Positions 9,601 through 18,118 are shown, numbered from the stretch's first letter. The stretch is 64,000 nucleotides of DNA from Prevotellaceae bacterium UBA6974 (GCA_002450165.1 DJYQ01000012.1:519-64518); one strand, 5' to 3'. Notes: generated from the sequence alone by a model not told the origin. Made by a program: numbers and translations.

Positions 9601-9753
9601 ACTATATGTGGTAGTTACCTCGACCTGCGGTGGCGCAATGTTGGGATATTGCTCGATGGGCAGCGAGTTCATGCAGATGAATCCCACCAGCGTTATCACG
9701 ATACTGATGGCACACGCCATCACGTACCTGTCTATGAATATATTGTTCTTCAT
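6604..9753 (-). CDS. RND multidrug efflux permease (AcrB/MexB/BmeB-like)
   Basis: The ~1049-aa protein runs from MKNNIFIDRYVMACAISIVITLVG, with 12-TM RND architecture and large periplasmic loops. The listed longer start (9834) is a TTG lying in the repeat spacer. Confidence 0.95.
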   Translation of the reverse strand: MKNNIFIDRYVMACAISIVITLVGFICMNSLPIEQYPNIAPPQVEVTTTYSGADPKTIIQSVIAPLEESINGVDGMDYMVSKATSTGNVSIDVFFKQGVDPDMATVNVQNRVSKAQSQLPAAVINVGIETEKRQNSILRIIGVQCTNGKYSDDFVSNYVDINIKPRMQRIYGVGSVLALGNTYALRVWMKPDVMAQYGLTPDDVSAAINSQSFVTAVGSFGDQSDNKYKYTMEYKGTLKEIEEFEDIVIKTSEGGHVLYLKDVAEVEIGAKSYSFISNINGQPGAIMMIFQSPGSNATEINARIDKMCEELKATMPAGLEFVTLQNTDDFLFAAIGNVVETLVIAIILVILVVFFFLQNIKATIIPSISIVVSLMGTFMIVTMAGFSLNLLTLFALVLAIGTVVDDAIVVVEAVMAKIEGGMTDAREATRQAMNEVSMAVFSCTLVFMAVFIPVTFLGGTSGTFFTQFGITIASAVGLSCLQALTTCPALCAIMLRVTEGKKEGKGLSYYTKLAYETSYNALLDKYSKAVQKFIKRPLVAVSVLAIAAVLLFFCMQNLPSGLVPQEDQGIFMAEVDAPEGYTLQQTNELLKQVEEKVKEIPELESYSMVSGYGMISGYGSSYGTFIIRLKNWEERPGIEHNVETALTRLAISCMSIKNATVIPFQLPQIPGYGTSNNVNLVVEDPTDGDLSEFSRMTDNFLYKLMERKEVSIAMSTYSEKFPKFSVDVDAFQCNRSGVTPREVLTTLGNYYSGAYIANYNQFGKVYQIWTAAAPEYRLEPSSLQNIFVKVSDGKMAPLSQFVTLKEIVGPSNNQHFNLYSSIECQVVPANGYSEGQVQQAIAEVFRQEMPTTATFEYSNMSREVAEQAGSNTTTVIYCICVVLIYLILGSLYNSWFTPFAVLLSIPFGLLGAFGVTLIAALFGIQGMENNIYLQTGVIMLIGLLAKTAILITEVAAEHRKHGMDIAQAAFTACKDRLRPILMTVVTMIAGMIPLIIEGGAGANGNRALAVGVVGGMSVGTLAILFVVPVFFIITQKIQEKFVTSDNTQS

Positions 9754-9760
9754 AATTTTC

Positions 9761-9868
9761 AATTCGTAATTCACAATTCGTAATTCACAATCTATTATTT
9801 CCTGACTACTTACCGTGGTAGCGGCTGGCGTCAATTATGAATTATGGCATTATGAATTATGCATTAAT
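9761..9868. repeat. Two opposed AATTNNN heptamer arrays flanking a 41-bp spacer, between the MFP stop and the RND start
   Basis: The left arm (9761-9791) is AATTCGTAATTCAC twice, then AAT. The right arm (9833-9868) is AATTATGAATTATGGCATTATGAATTATGCATTAAT. The arms are complementary when G-U pairs are allowed. Confidence 0.85.
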
Positions 9869-9870
9869 CA

Positions 9871-10974
9871 TTAAAACAGCACTTTCTGTCCCTCGTGTAC
9901 GTTGTTTGCACCTGTGGTCACAATCTTGTCACCGACTTTCAGTCCGCTGGTTACGACAAAATCCTGTCCGTTGCCAGGGTTGGCTGTCGTTACCGTTACG
10001 GCTGTTGCAGTGCTGTCGGCCTTTACTTTGTAAACCAACTGCTTGTCCTGCAAGCGTACAACGGCTGTCTGCGGAATTACAATTACGTCCTTCTCCTCAA
10101 TCGGAAGCACTATTGTACCCTGGATGCCTGATTTCAGGGCTCCGTCGGGGTTGGGGAATGTAGCCTTGACTCCCAATGAGCCTGTGGCGTTGTCCACAAC
10201 GCCTGTGATGGATGTGATACGACCTTTGTGCTTGTATTCGGTACCGCCTTTCATGACGAATGTAACTTCGGGCATCTTTGACATTTCTTTGTCAAATTCC
10301 TCGGACTTCATGCTGTCCTGTACGACCATTTCTACAATAGATTCGGTTACCGAAAACTCGGCATCCATTGTGGTGTTGCCGCTTAGGATGGTTAACTGGG
10401 TGCTTGTTGACACCTGGTCTCCGACACGTACGGGTATAGCGCCTATAACGCCTGATACCGATGCTGTAATGGTACAGAACCCAAGTTCCACTTTTGCAGT
10501 AAATACTGATGCGCGTGCTTGGGCTGTTGTTGCTTGTGCCTGTGTGTAGTCGTTGAATGCGTTGTCCAGCATGTAGCGGCTTATAATCTTCCTGTCGAAC
10601 AGGTTCTTCTTGGATTCGTAATTAAGCTTGGCGCTGTTCTCGGCAGCCATGGCTGACTGCAGGTTTGCCTCGGCAGTTGCCAACTGTGCCTTGGCTGTGC
10701 GCTGGTCAATGATGAAGAGGGTCTGACCCTTTTTGACCTGCTGTCCCTCGGTGACGCATATCTGCATCAACTGTCCGTTTATTTGCGGCATGACTGTTAC
10801 ATCGGTCTTTCCCTTCAGTCTGGAACTGAACTTAACGGGAATGGTCAGGTCCTGTTTCTTAACGACTATCGTCTCGAACGATGTCTCTTCAATCTTGGGC
10901 TGTTCGCCACCGCAGGCGGCCAAAACCAATGCTGTGCTGAGCATTATACCCCATTTAATTGTCTTTTTTTTCAT
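9871..10974 (-). CDS. RND efflux periplasmic adaptor (membrane fusion protein, AcrA/MexA-like)
   Basis: MKKKTIKWGIMLSTALVLAACGG is a lipoprotein-type signal. The body has the coiled-coil hairpin plus beta-barrel composition of HlyD-family proteins. I prefer the start at 10974 over 11013 because the -7 box sits at 11021. Confidence 0.9.
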   Translation of the reverse strand: MKKKTIKWGIMLSTALVLAACGGEQPKIEETSFETIVVKKQDLTIPVKFSSRLKGKTDVTVMPQINGQLMQICVTEGQQVKKGQTLFIIDQRTAKAQLATAEANLQSAMAAENSAKLNYESKKNLFDRKIISRYMLDNAFNDYTQAQATTAQARASVFTAKVELGFCTITASVSGVIGAIPVRVGDQVSTSTQLTILSGNTTMDAEFSVTESIVEMVVQDSMKSEEFDKEMSKMPEVTFVMKGGTEYKHKGRITSITGVVDNATGSLGVKATFPNPDGALKSGIQGTIVLPIEEKDVIVIPQTAVVRLQDKQLVYKVKADSTATAVTVTTANPGNGQDFVVTSGLKVGDKIVTTGANNVHEGQKVLF

Positions 10975-11020
10975 TTGAATATTGTCGTTATTGATTATTT
11001 CTTCTTTCACCATGTGAGTG

Positions 11021-11028
11021 CAAAGTTA
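11021..11028 (-). promoter_or_regulatory. Candidate -7 box (TAACTTTG) for the efflux operon
   Basis: The plus strand reads CAAAGTTA, 47 nt upstream of the ATG at 10974. Confidence 0.4.
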
Positions 11029-11080
11029 TCAAAATTGTTTGATAATGCCATAATTATATGCCTTTTATTATTGCATTCTG

Positions 11081-11560
11081 TCAGATTGCTACACCGAAAT
11101 TGTGTTTCACCTCCTCCATGACAAATGTGCTTTCCAGGGTACCGAGCATGGGGAGGGTACCGAGTGTGTTGAGGAGAAATTGTTGGTAGTATTTCATATC
11201 GGGGCAGTGTATGCGCATCATGTAGTCGAACTTGCCAGAAATGTTGTAACATTCGGTGACTTGATCGATTTGCATGATGGTTTCGCAGAATTTACGCGCT
11301 GTCTGGGTGTTGAGGGGTGTGAGCTTTACGCAACAATATACGACAAAGCCTTTGTGCAGTTTCTCGGCATCCAGTACGGTAATATATCTGCGTATATATC
11401 CGTCGCGTTCAAGCCGTTTTACGCGCTCGTACGTGGGGGTTGTGCTCAGGTGTACCTTGAGAGCCAATTGCTTTGTTGTGAGACGTGCGTCCTGTTGCAG
11501 GGCTTTCAGTATGGCGATGTCGGTGGAATCGAGATGTTCGCGGTTATTATTTTCTGCCAT
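11081..11560 (-). CDS. Lrp/AsnC-family transcriptional regulator
   Basis: The N-terminal HTH (LDSTDIAILKALQQDARLTTKQLALKVHLSTTPTYERVKRLERDGYI) is followed by a C-terminal RAM/AsnC_trans_reg-like domain. Length is 159 aa. Confidence 0.9.
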   Translation of the reverse strand: MAENNNREHLDSTDIAILKALQQDARLTTKQLALKVHLSTTPTYERVKRLERDGYIRRYITVLDAEKLHKGFVVYCCVKLTPLNTQTARKFCETIMQIDQVTECYNISGKFDYMMRIHCPDMKYYQQFLLNTLGTLPMLGTLESTFVMEEVKHNFGVAI

Positions 11561-11609
11561 AGTTTGTTTCTTTTGGGGTTTGTTAGAATGTTTGTGCTAA
11601 TATCTGGTG

Positions 11610-11617
11610 CAAATGTA
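11610..11617 (-). promoter_or_regulatory. Candidate -7 box (TACATTTG) for the Lrp/AsnC gene
   Basis: The plus strand reads CAAATGTA, 50 nt upstream of the ATG at 11560. Confidence 0.35.
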
Positions 11618-11669
11618 GGAAAATTTTCTAAATATCTACGTTTTGCATGGTTAAATATCATGACTGCCG

Positions 11670-11677
11670 TACCTTTG
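11670..11677 (+). promoter_or_regulatory. Candidate -7 box (TACCTTTG) for metY-cysK
   Basis: It matches TAnnTTTG and lies 50 nt upstream of the ATG at 11727. Confidence 0.4.
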
Positions 11678-11726
11678 CACCGTGATATTGAAACAAAAAC
11701 AATAACAAAAACAATATATAGATAGT

Positions 11727-13016
11727 ATGTCACAGAAGAAGTTTTACAGATTAGAGACAATTGCATTGCATGCAGGACAGGAAAAGCCTGATCCGGTGAC
11801 GGACAGCCGTGCGGTTCCGATATATCAGACTACATCGTATGTGTTTCATGACAGCCGGCATGCTGCTGACCGATTCGGGCTGAGGGATGCGGGTAATATT
11901 TATGGCAGGTTGACGAATACGACTCAGGGTGTCCTGGAAGAGCGCATAGCGGCTTTGGAGGGCGGGGTTGCTGCCCTGGCAGTTGCCAGTGGGGCTGCTG
12001 CTGTGACGTATGCGTTGCAGAATGTGTTACAGTGTGGGGATCATATAGTGGCTGCTGATAATCTGTATGGGGGCAGTTTCAATCTGATAACCCATACATT
12101 GGCCACTCAGGGTATTGAGAATACTGTTGTCAGGGTGAATGACCTGGAGACATTGGAGGCCGCCATACGCCCTAACACCAAAGTTATCTATGCTGAAACA
12201 TTTGGTAATCCCAATAGTGATGTGACCAATCTGGATGCAATAGCTGAAGTGGCTCACACGCATGGTATTCTGTTTGTTGTGGACAATACTTTTGCTCCTT
12301 TGCTGATACGTCCGTTGGAGCATGGTGCGGATATTGTGGTGCACAGTGCTACAAAATTTATAGGCGGTCACGGCTCATCGTTGGGTGGGGTGATTGTAGA
12401 TGGTGGCAGGTTTGATTTCAAGGCTAATGCCGAGCGCTACCCTACCCTGGCAAAACCTGATCCGTCGTATCACGGGGCAGTATTTGCGGATGTGGCTGGT
12501 GCGGCGGCTTTTGTGACGCGTATCCGTGCGGTGATACTGCGTGATACTGGGGCATGTATATCACCGTTGAATGCATGGATTCTGCTCCAGGGGGTCGAGA
12601 GTCTGCCGTTGCGTATGGAGCGTCATGTGCAGAATGCATTGAAGGTGGTTGAGTTTCTGTCGCACCATCCCAAGGTGAGGGGTGTAAGCCATCCGGCCAT
12701 CCCATCCCATCCTGACCACATATTGTACAGGAAGTATTTTCCTAAGGGTGCCGGCAGTATATTTACGTTTGAAATAATGGGTAATCAGGATGATGCCTGG
12801 AGATTTATTGACTCGTTGCAGATATTCTCGCTGTTGGCAAACGTCGCGGACGTGAAATCGTTGGTGATACACCCATATACTACAACGCACAGCCAGATGA
12901 GTCCCGAGGAGTTGGCTGCGCAGCATATTACACCCTCAACAATACGGTTGAGCATAGGTGTAGAGCATATTGACGACATTCTGGAAGACTTGCAGCAGGC
13001 ATTCGAGCAAATATGA
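11727..13016 (+). CDS. metY: O-acetylhomoserine aminocarboxypropyltransferase / sulfhydrylase (PLP-dependent)
   Basis: The protein has a Cys/Met-metabolism PLP fold. The motif VHSATKFIGGHG carries the PLP lysine, and the N-terminus contains LETIALHAGQ. Length is 429 aa. Confidence 0.9.
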   Translation: MSQKKFYRLETIALHAGQEKPDPVTDSRAVPIYQTTSYVFHDSRHAADRFGLRDAGNIYGRLTNTTQGVLEERIAALEGGVAALAVASGAAAVTYALQNVLQCGDHIVAADNLYGGSFNLITHTLATQGIENTVVRVNDLETLEAAIRPNTKVIYAETFGNPNSDVTNLDAIAEVAHTHGILFVVDNTFAPLLIRPLEHGADIVVHSATKFIGGHGSSLGGVIVDGGRFDFKANAERYPTLAKPDPSYHGAVFADVAGAAAFVTRIRAVILRDTGACISPLNAWILLQGVESLPLRMERHVQNALKVVEFLSHHPKVRGVSHPAIPSHPDHILYRKYFPKGAGSIFTFEIMGNQDDAWRFIDSLQIFSLLANVADVKSLVIHPYTTTHSQMSPEELAAQHITPSTIRLSIGVEHIDDILEDLQQAFEQI

Positions 13017-13090
13017 AAATTTTTGCTGGCTGATAAAAATAGAGATTGAAAATAATGTTGTAATTTTGCAATGTAAAATAATAACAGATT

Positions 13091-14026
13091 ATGGCAAACA
13101 TTCATAAAAACTTATTGGATCTGGTTGGCAATACTCCGTTGGTCGAGATTGCAAGGATAGCTAAAGCGCGTGGTGCCGAGTCACAGGTTGTGGCCAAGGT
13201 CGAGTATTTTAACCCTGGCGGTAGTGTCAAGGATCGTATTGCACTGAACATGATAGAGGATGCCGAGAAGAGAGGCCTCCTGCAACCTGGTGCAACCATC
13301 ATCGAGCCGACAAGCGGCAATACTGGTGTAGGAATTGCATGGATTAGTCGTGTGAAGGGCTACAAGGCTGTAATAGTGATGCCAGAAACGATGAGCAGGG
13401 AGCGTCAGCTGCTGATGAAGGCAGCCGGTGCCGAGCTTGTGTTGACCGAGGGTACGAAGGGTATGAAAGGTGCTATTGCCGAGGCGGAACGCCTGCAACG
13501 TGAGACACCAGGTTCTATTATTTTGGGTCAGTTTACAAATCCTGCCAACCCCGAGGTCCACGAAAGGACAACTGCCGAGGAAATATGGCGTGATACGGAC
13601 GGTAATGTGGATATTTTTGTTGCCGGTGCAGGTACTGGTGGTACAGTGACGGGGGTTGGACGTGCATTGAAGGCCAAGAACCCTGATATCAGAATTGTTG
13701 CCGTGGAGCCTGAGAGCAGCCCTGTGCTGAGTGGTGGTGAACCCGGTCCTCACAAGATTCAGGGCATTGGTGCAGGATTTGTTCCCGAGATACTGGATCG
13801 CTCGGTAATAGACGTTGTTTATAAGGTAAGGAACGAGGATGCGCTGAAGACAGGTCGCGAACTGTCCCTGTACGAGGGACTGATTGTCGGTATATCCAGC
13901 GGTGCTGCAGCCTATGCTGCTATAGAATTGGCTAAATTACCGGAAAACAAGGGCAAGAGAATCGTTGCTCTCCTGCCTGATACTGGTGAGCGTTATCTGA
14001 GCACCGAGCTGTACAATGCCGGTTGA
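13091..14026 (+). CDS. cysK: Cysteine synthase A (O-acetylserine sulfhydrylase)
   Basis: Diagnostic blocks are NPGGSVKDR, TSGNTG and GTGGT. Length is 311 aa. Confidence 0.95.
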   Translation: MANIHKNLLDLVGNTPLVEIARIAKARGAESQVVAKVEYFNPGGSVKDRIALNMIEDAEKRGLLQPGATIIEPTSGNTGVGIAWISRVKGYKAVIVMPETMSRERQLLMKAAGAELVLTEGTKGMKGAIAEAERLQRETPGSIILGQFTNPANPEVHERTTAEEIWRDTDGNVDIFVAGAGTGGTVTGVGRALKAKNPDIRIVAVEPESSPVLSGGEPGPHKIQGIGAGFVPEILDRSVIDVVYKVRNEDALKTGRELSLYEGLIVGISSGAAAYAAIELAKLPENKGKRIVALLPDTGERYLSTELYNAG

Positions 14027-14028
14027 GG

Positions 14029-14454
14029 CTATTTCTTTCTGAGTGCTGCAATCGAGTCTTCGTACAATTGCTTGCGGATGGCCTCGGTAAGTTCGTCCTC
14101 GTATGTCTTGGCGGCATCAAGGCGTTCCAGAACTTGCTTAGTATTCTTTAATTTCTTGGCACGTTGGCGTTGCTTGCGCGCAAAGGGATGCAGGATATAA
14201 TCCGAGGCTTTGCCCAGGACATCTGAAACGCTCTTCTGCTTGGGTTGCACCATATCGCTTCCCAAGCTTTGGCGTATTGCATCTACAACTGGTAACTCCT
14301 TTTTGCCCTTTACCTCTATTTCCTTGAGCGTATCGGTGCGTATTATGACGGTATCGTTGTCGTTTACCTGAGTTTGCACGGGCATGTTCGTTCCGCCAAT
14401 TGCTACGCTCAGTGCAAGCATTGCGGCAAAGGTCAAAATCAGTATTCGCTTCAT
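14029..14454 (-). CDS. Hypothetical secreted protein
   Basis: The signal peptide is MKRILILTFAAMLALSVA, and the C-terminus is Lys-rich. I recognise no domain. Confidence 0.55.
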   Translation of the reverse strand: MKRILILTFAAMLALSVAIGGTNMPVQTQVNDNDTVIIRTDTLKEIEVKGKKELPVVDAIRQSLGSDMVQPKQKSVSDVLGKASDYILHPFARKQRQRAKKLKNTKQVLERLDAAKTYEDELTEAIRKQLYEDSIAALRKK

Positions 14455-14565
14455 CGGTTTATCTGTTGTAGCGTTTGTTTTTTACGCCTTTTGTCTTGCA
14501 AATATATTGTTTTTCTCGGGAAAAACGTTATTTCGGTGTGTTAATTATGTTTTTTTACGTTTGAT

Positions 14566-17019
14566 TTAGTGTGCTTCCAGCCAGTTTCTGCCCCACCCTG
14601 CATCTGCAATCAGTGGCACGCTAAGTTTTGCTGCATTCTGCATCTCGTCAATCACGATTTGTTCAATTACTTCCTTTTCATCGGGAATTACAGTGAAGTT
14701 CAGTTCATCGTGAACCTGTAGAATCATGCGGCTCTTGAGTTTAAGTTCCTGCAGGCGTTTGTCTATACGTATCATGGCAATTTTCATTATGTCTGCAGCT
14801 GTTCCCTGTATGGGTGCATTGATGGCGTTACGCTCGGCATAGCCGCGTACGACGGCATTGTGGCTGTTGATATCCGGCAGTTGGCAGCGCCTGCCGAACA
14901 GCGTCTGCGTATAGCCTTTTTCCCGTGCCATAGCTATACTCTTGTCCATATAAGCCTTGACTCCTGGATATGTATTGAAATAACCTTCGATAAGGGCCTT
15001 GGCTTCGCTTCTGCTGCATCCGAGTCGTTCGGCAAGGCCGAAGGCACTGATGCCATAAATAATGCCAAAATTGGCCGTTTTTGCACTACGGCGTTCATCA
15101 ACAGTTACTTCCTGGATGGATTTGTGGTATATTTTGGCTGCTGTCGCTGCGTGGATGTCGTGTCCCTCGAGAAACGCCCCGACCAGGTTTTTGTCCTGGG
15201 ACAGATGTGCCATGATGCGCAGTTCGATCTGGCTATAGTCGGCGCTGAAGAACAGTTCTCCCGTATCCGGTATAAATGCCTTGCGCACCTCTTTTCCCAA
15301 GGCATCGCGTACGGGGATATTCTGCAGGTTTGGGTTGCTGCTTGAGAGACGTCCTGTAGCGGTGACGGTTTGGTTGAACGATGTGTGTATATGTCCGGTT
15401 TGGGGATTGACTAACTTGGGGAATGCGTCGATGTATGTTCCCAATAGTTTTTTTAGGCTGCGGAACTCCAGTATCTTGGCTATAATCGGATGCTTGCTCC
15501 TGAGACCCTCCATTATTTCCTCGTTGGTTATATACTGTCCATTCCTTGTCTTTTTGGCCTTAGAATCCAGTTTTAGTACGTCAAACAGGATTTCCCCTAC
15601 CTGGCGGGGCGATGATATGTTGAACGGCTGTCCTGCCAGTCTGATTATTTCCAGTTCCAGTTGATTGAGTTGTCCGGTAAAGGTGCGACTGGTGTCTGCA
15701 AGTGCATGAAGGTCGATGCTTACACCTGCTTTTTCCATACGGGCAAGGACTGGCATGAGCGGCATTTCCATTTCCCTGAACAATGGCATAAGTCCCTCGG
15801 TATCAAGTTCTTTCTCCAGCTTTCCCTTCAGGTCTGGAAGTGTGTCGCTATGGTATATTTGTTGAAGGTATTCAAGGTTGTGTTTCATCTCGGGATGCAG
15901 TACGTAGTGTGCAATTTCTACGTCGAACATATTACCCTCGTATTCACTGATGTCGTTCCAATGTGCCTTCAGGTTATGTCCTATGACCATCTTGTTTTCG
16001 ATGGTGTATGGTGGCAGTACGGGGTGTTGTACCGTAGGACTGGAGGTTGTGTCCGGTGTTGTATCGAGCATTGCAAAAAGATCGCCTTGTATGCTGCCGT
16101 CAGAATTGGTTTTGGGTCTGGATGTATTTTCTTCTTTTTTTTGTCTTGCTAATGATTCTCCCTTTGCTTTGTATAGCAACTGGTTGAATTCCAGTTTTTT
16201 GTATATTTCTTCCAGTTTTTGAAAATCGGGTGTCTCGTATTCAAGACTTGGCAAATCCAGTTTAATTGGAGCGTCTGTAACAATTGTGGCAAGCCAATAG
16301 CTCTGCCGTATTTTGTCTATGTTTTCACTTACTTTGCGTTGTACTGCGCCTTTCAGCTTATCAATGTTGGATATCAGATTATCTACCCCACCCCATGTCT
16401 TGACAAGCGTGCTGGCTGTCTTTTCTCCGATACCCGGGCAACCGGGGATATTGTCAGATGCATCGCCCATAAGTGCAAGTATATCTATTACCTGTGCAGT
16501 GTTTTCTATTCCCCATTTGTCGCATATCTCACTGGGTGTCAGTATTTGTGCAGGATTGGCTCCCACGCCAGGGCGGTACATCTTAACGTTATCTGTTACC
16601 AGTTGTCCATAGTCTTTGTCGGGGGTCATCATGTATGTGTCAATACCTTGTATATCAGCTTGATGTGCAAGTGTACCGATAACGTCGTCTGCCTCATAGC
16701 CCTTTACCTCGAGGATGGGAATATGGTATGCATCGAGTATGTCCTTGATAATTGGAACGGCAAATCGTATTGCCTCGGGGGTCTCTTCTCGCTGTGCTTT
16801 GTAATCGGGATATGCTTCGTGACGGAAGGTCCCTCCGCTGGGGTCGAAAGCGACTCCGATATGTGTAGGTTTCATATTCTTGAGCACGTCCTCGAGGGTG
16901 TTGACAAAACCGAGAATAGCACTTGTATTTTCGCCTTTGGAATTGATTCGCGGATTCTTGATAAATGCGTAAAAGGCGCGGTATATGAGCGCATATGCGT
17001 CTAAAAGGAATAGTTTCAT
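14566..17019 (-). CDS. polA: DNA polymerase I with a vestigial 3'-5' exonuclease region
   Basis: The 5'-nuclease N-terminus is MKLFLLDAYALIYRAFYAF. Family A polymerase motifs are present: DYSQIELRI, RRSAKTANFGIIYG and QVHDEL. I prefer the ATG at 17019 to the TTG at 17043. Confidence 0.95.
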   Translation of the reverse strand: MKLFLLDAYALIYRAFYAFIKNPRINSKGENTSAILGFVNTLEDVLKNMKPTHIGVAFDPSGGTFRHEAYPDYKAQREETPEAIRFAVPIIKDILDAYHIPILEVKGYEADDVIGTLAHQADIQGIDTYMMTPDKDYGQLVTDNVKMYRPGVGANPAQILTPSEICDKWGIENTAQVIDILALMGDASDNIPGCPGIGEKTASTLVKTWGGVDNLISNIDKLKGAVQRKVSENIDKIRQSYWLATIVTDAPIKLDLPSLEYETPDFQKLEEIYKKLEFNQLLYKAKGESLARQKKEENTSRPKTNSDGSIQGDLFAMLDTTPDTTSSPTVQHPVLPPYTIENKMVIGHNLKAHWNDISEYEGNMFDVEIAHYVLHPEMKHNLEYLQQIYHSDTLPDLKGKLEKELDTEGLMPLFREMEMPLMPVLARMEKAGVSIDLHALADTSRTFTGQLNQLELEIIRLAGQPFNISSPRQVGEILFDVLKLDSKAKKTRNGQYITNEEIMEGLRSKHPIIAKILEFRSLKKLLGTYIDAFPKLVNPQTGHIHTSFNQTVTATGRLSSSNPNLQNIPVRDALGKEVRKAFIPDTGELFFSADYSQIELRIMAHLSQDKNLVGAFLEGHDIHAATAAKIYHKSIQEVTVDERRSAKTANFGIIYGISAFGLAERLGCSRSEAKALIEGYFNTYPGVKAYMDKSIAMAREKGYTQTLFGRRCQLPDINSHNAVVRGYAERNAINAPIQGTAADIMKIAMIRIDKRLQELKLKSRMILQVHDELNFTVIPDEKEVIEQIVIDEMQNAAKLSVPLIADAGWGRNWLEAH

Positions 17020-17065
17020 GTCCTTCAAGTGTGAAATTTGCAATGAAAATTATGTCTTTTGTTTG

Positions 17066-17073
17066 CAAAAATA
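17066..17073 (-). promoter_or_regulatory. Candidate -7 box (TATTTTTG) for polA
   Basis: The plus strand reads CAAAAATA, 47 nt upstream of the ATG at 17019. Confidence 0.35.
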
Positions 17074-17105
17074 CTAAAATTTGTGCTAATGTCGCTGTTT
17101 TTATA

Positions 17106-17113
17106 TAAATTTG
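17106..17113 (+). promoter_or_regulatory. Candidate -7 box (TAAATTTG) for the polyprenyl synthase gene
   Basis: It matches TAnnTTTG, 25 nt upstream of the ATG at 17138. It overlaps the listed TTG start at 17111, which argues against that start. Confidence 0.4.
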
Positions 17114-17137
17114 CATGTTAGAAGGAGACTTTCGCTG

Positions 17138-18118
17138 ATGGATGCATTGAAAAAGATACAGGAACCTGTCAGGCGTGATTTGGAACGTTTCAATGAGATG
17201 TTCAAGGCTGCGCTTACAACATCCAATCCTTTGCTGAACATTGCCCTTGAACATATTGTAAAACGTCAGGGCAAGCAGATGAGGCCATTGCTTACGCTGT
17301 TGTCAGCAAGGCTATTTGCCAATGCTCATCAAGCTCTGCCTGACAGTGTTTTGCATACGGCAATATCGTTGGAACTGTTGCATACCGCCTCTCTTGTGCA
17401 TGATGATGTCGTGGATGAGAGTGATATGCGTCGTGGGCAGAAGAGCGTCAATAGCCTGTTGTCTAGCAAGAGCGCAGTTCTTGTTGGCGATTTTCTGTTG
17501 TCAAAGTCTATTGAGCATGCATCGGTGATTGGTGACATTGTAATACCCAGGCGAGTTGCCGAACTTGGCAAAATGTTGGTTGATGGTGAATTGTTGCAGT
17601 TGGCTAATGTGGACAGCGAATCGATGGAGGAAAGTGCGTACTATGATGTGATACGCAAAAAGACGGCTTCGTTGTTTGCTACCTGTGCGCAGTTAGGTGC
17701 AATGCTTGCCGGTGCAGACGATGGGTCAGTCGAGCTGATGAAGCGCTTTGGTATGCTTCTGGGTATTTGTTTCCAGCTGCGTGATGATTTGTTCGATTAT
17801 GATAAAGCGAACAATACCGGTAAACCTGTAGGTAATGATATGAAGGAGGGTAAGCTGACATTGCCTGTGTTGTTTGCCGCACGCCGTAACCGCGAAGTTC
17901 GTGAACTTGCATTGAAGGTTCGTCGTGGAACTGTGACCGAGGAGGAGATTGCTGTCTTGGTTCACCTGACTTACGACGAGGGCGGGGTAGTCTATGCAGA
18001 AAAAGCTATGCAGGAGTTCTCGGGAATGGCAAGGGGACTTCTTGACGACTTTGATCAGTCGGCCGTAATCGATTCGCTGATAACTTATTTGGATTTTGTG
18101 TCTCAGCGTACAATTTGA
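17138..18118 (+). CDS. Polyprenyl diphosphate synthase (IspB/octaprenyl-type)
   Basis: The first Asp-rich motif is LVHDDVVDESDMRRG and the second is QLRDDLFDYD. Confidence 0.9.
   Translation: MDALKKIQEPVRRDLERFNEMFKAALTTSNPLLNIALEHIVKRQGKQMRPLLTLLSARLFANAHQALPDSVLHTAISLELLHTASLVHDDVVDESDMRRGQKSVNSLLSSKSAVLVGDFLLSKSIEHASVIGDIVIPRRVAELGKMLVDGELLQLANVDSESMEESAYYDVIRKKTASLFATCAQLGAMLAGADDGSVELMKRFGMLLGICFQLRDDLFDYDKANNTGKPVGNDMKEGKLTLPVLFAARRNREVRELALKVRRGTVTEEEIAVLVHLTYDEGGVVYAEKAMQEFSGMARGLLDDFDQSAVIDSLITYLDFVSQRTI

Noticed and set aside
9754-9834. Listed N-terminal extensions beginning with alternative start codons (RND pump 9834, LRR 3949, topA 40910, polA 17043, ruvB 60279 and others).
   Set aside because: Each extension starts at a TTG or GTG and runs through repeat or promoter sequence. 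Internal ATGs give canonical family N-termini or signal peptides and sit at the right distance from TAnnTTTG boxes.
5162-11013. The efflux operon looks more GC-rich than its neighbours (spot counts of about 52-60% against 37-47%), suggesting horizontal transfer.
   Set aside because: Spot counts in the core frdA gene are equally high, at about 57%. The difference therefore tracks coding and expression bias rather than foreign origin. A full GC and codon-usage computation was not possible here.
11678-11726. A possible SAM or methionine riboswitch in front of metY.
   Set aside because: The predicted leader is only about 45 nt and A-rich. That is too short and unstructured for any known SAM aptamer.
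16219-17004. A 261-aa plus-strand ORF.
   Set aside because: It lies antisense to the polA 5'-nuclease domain and is Cys/Tyr/Phe-rich nonsense.
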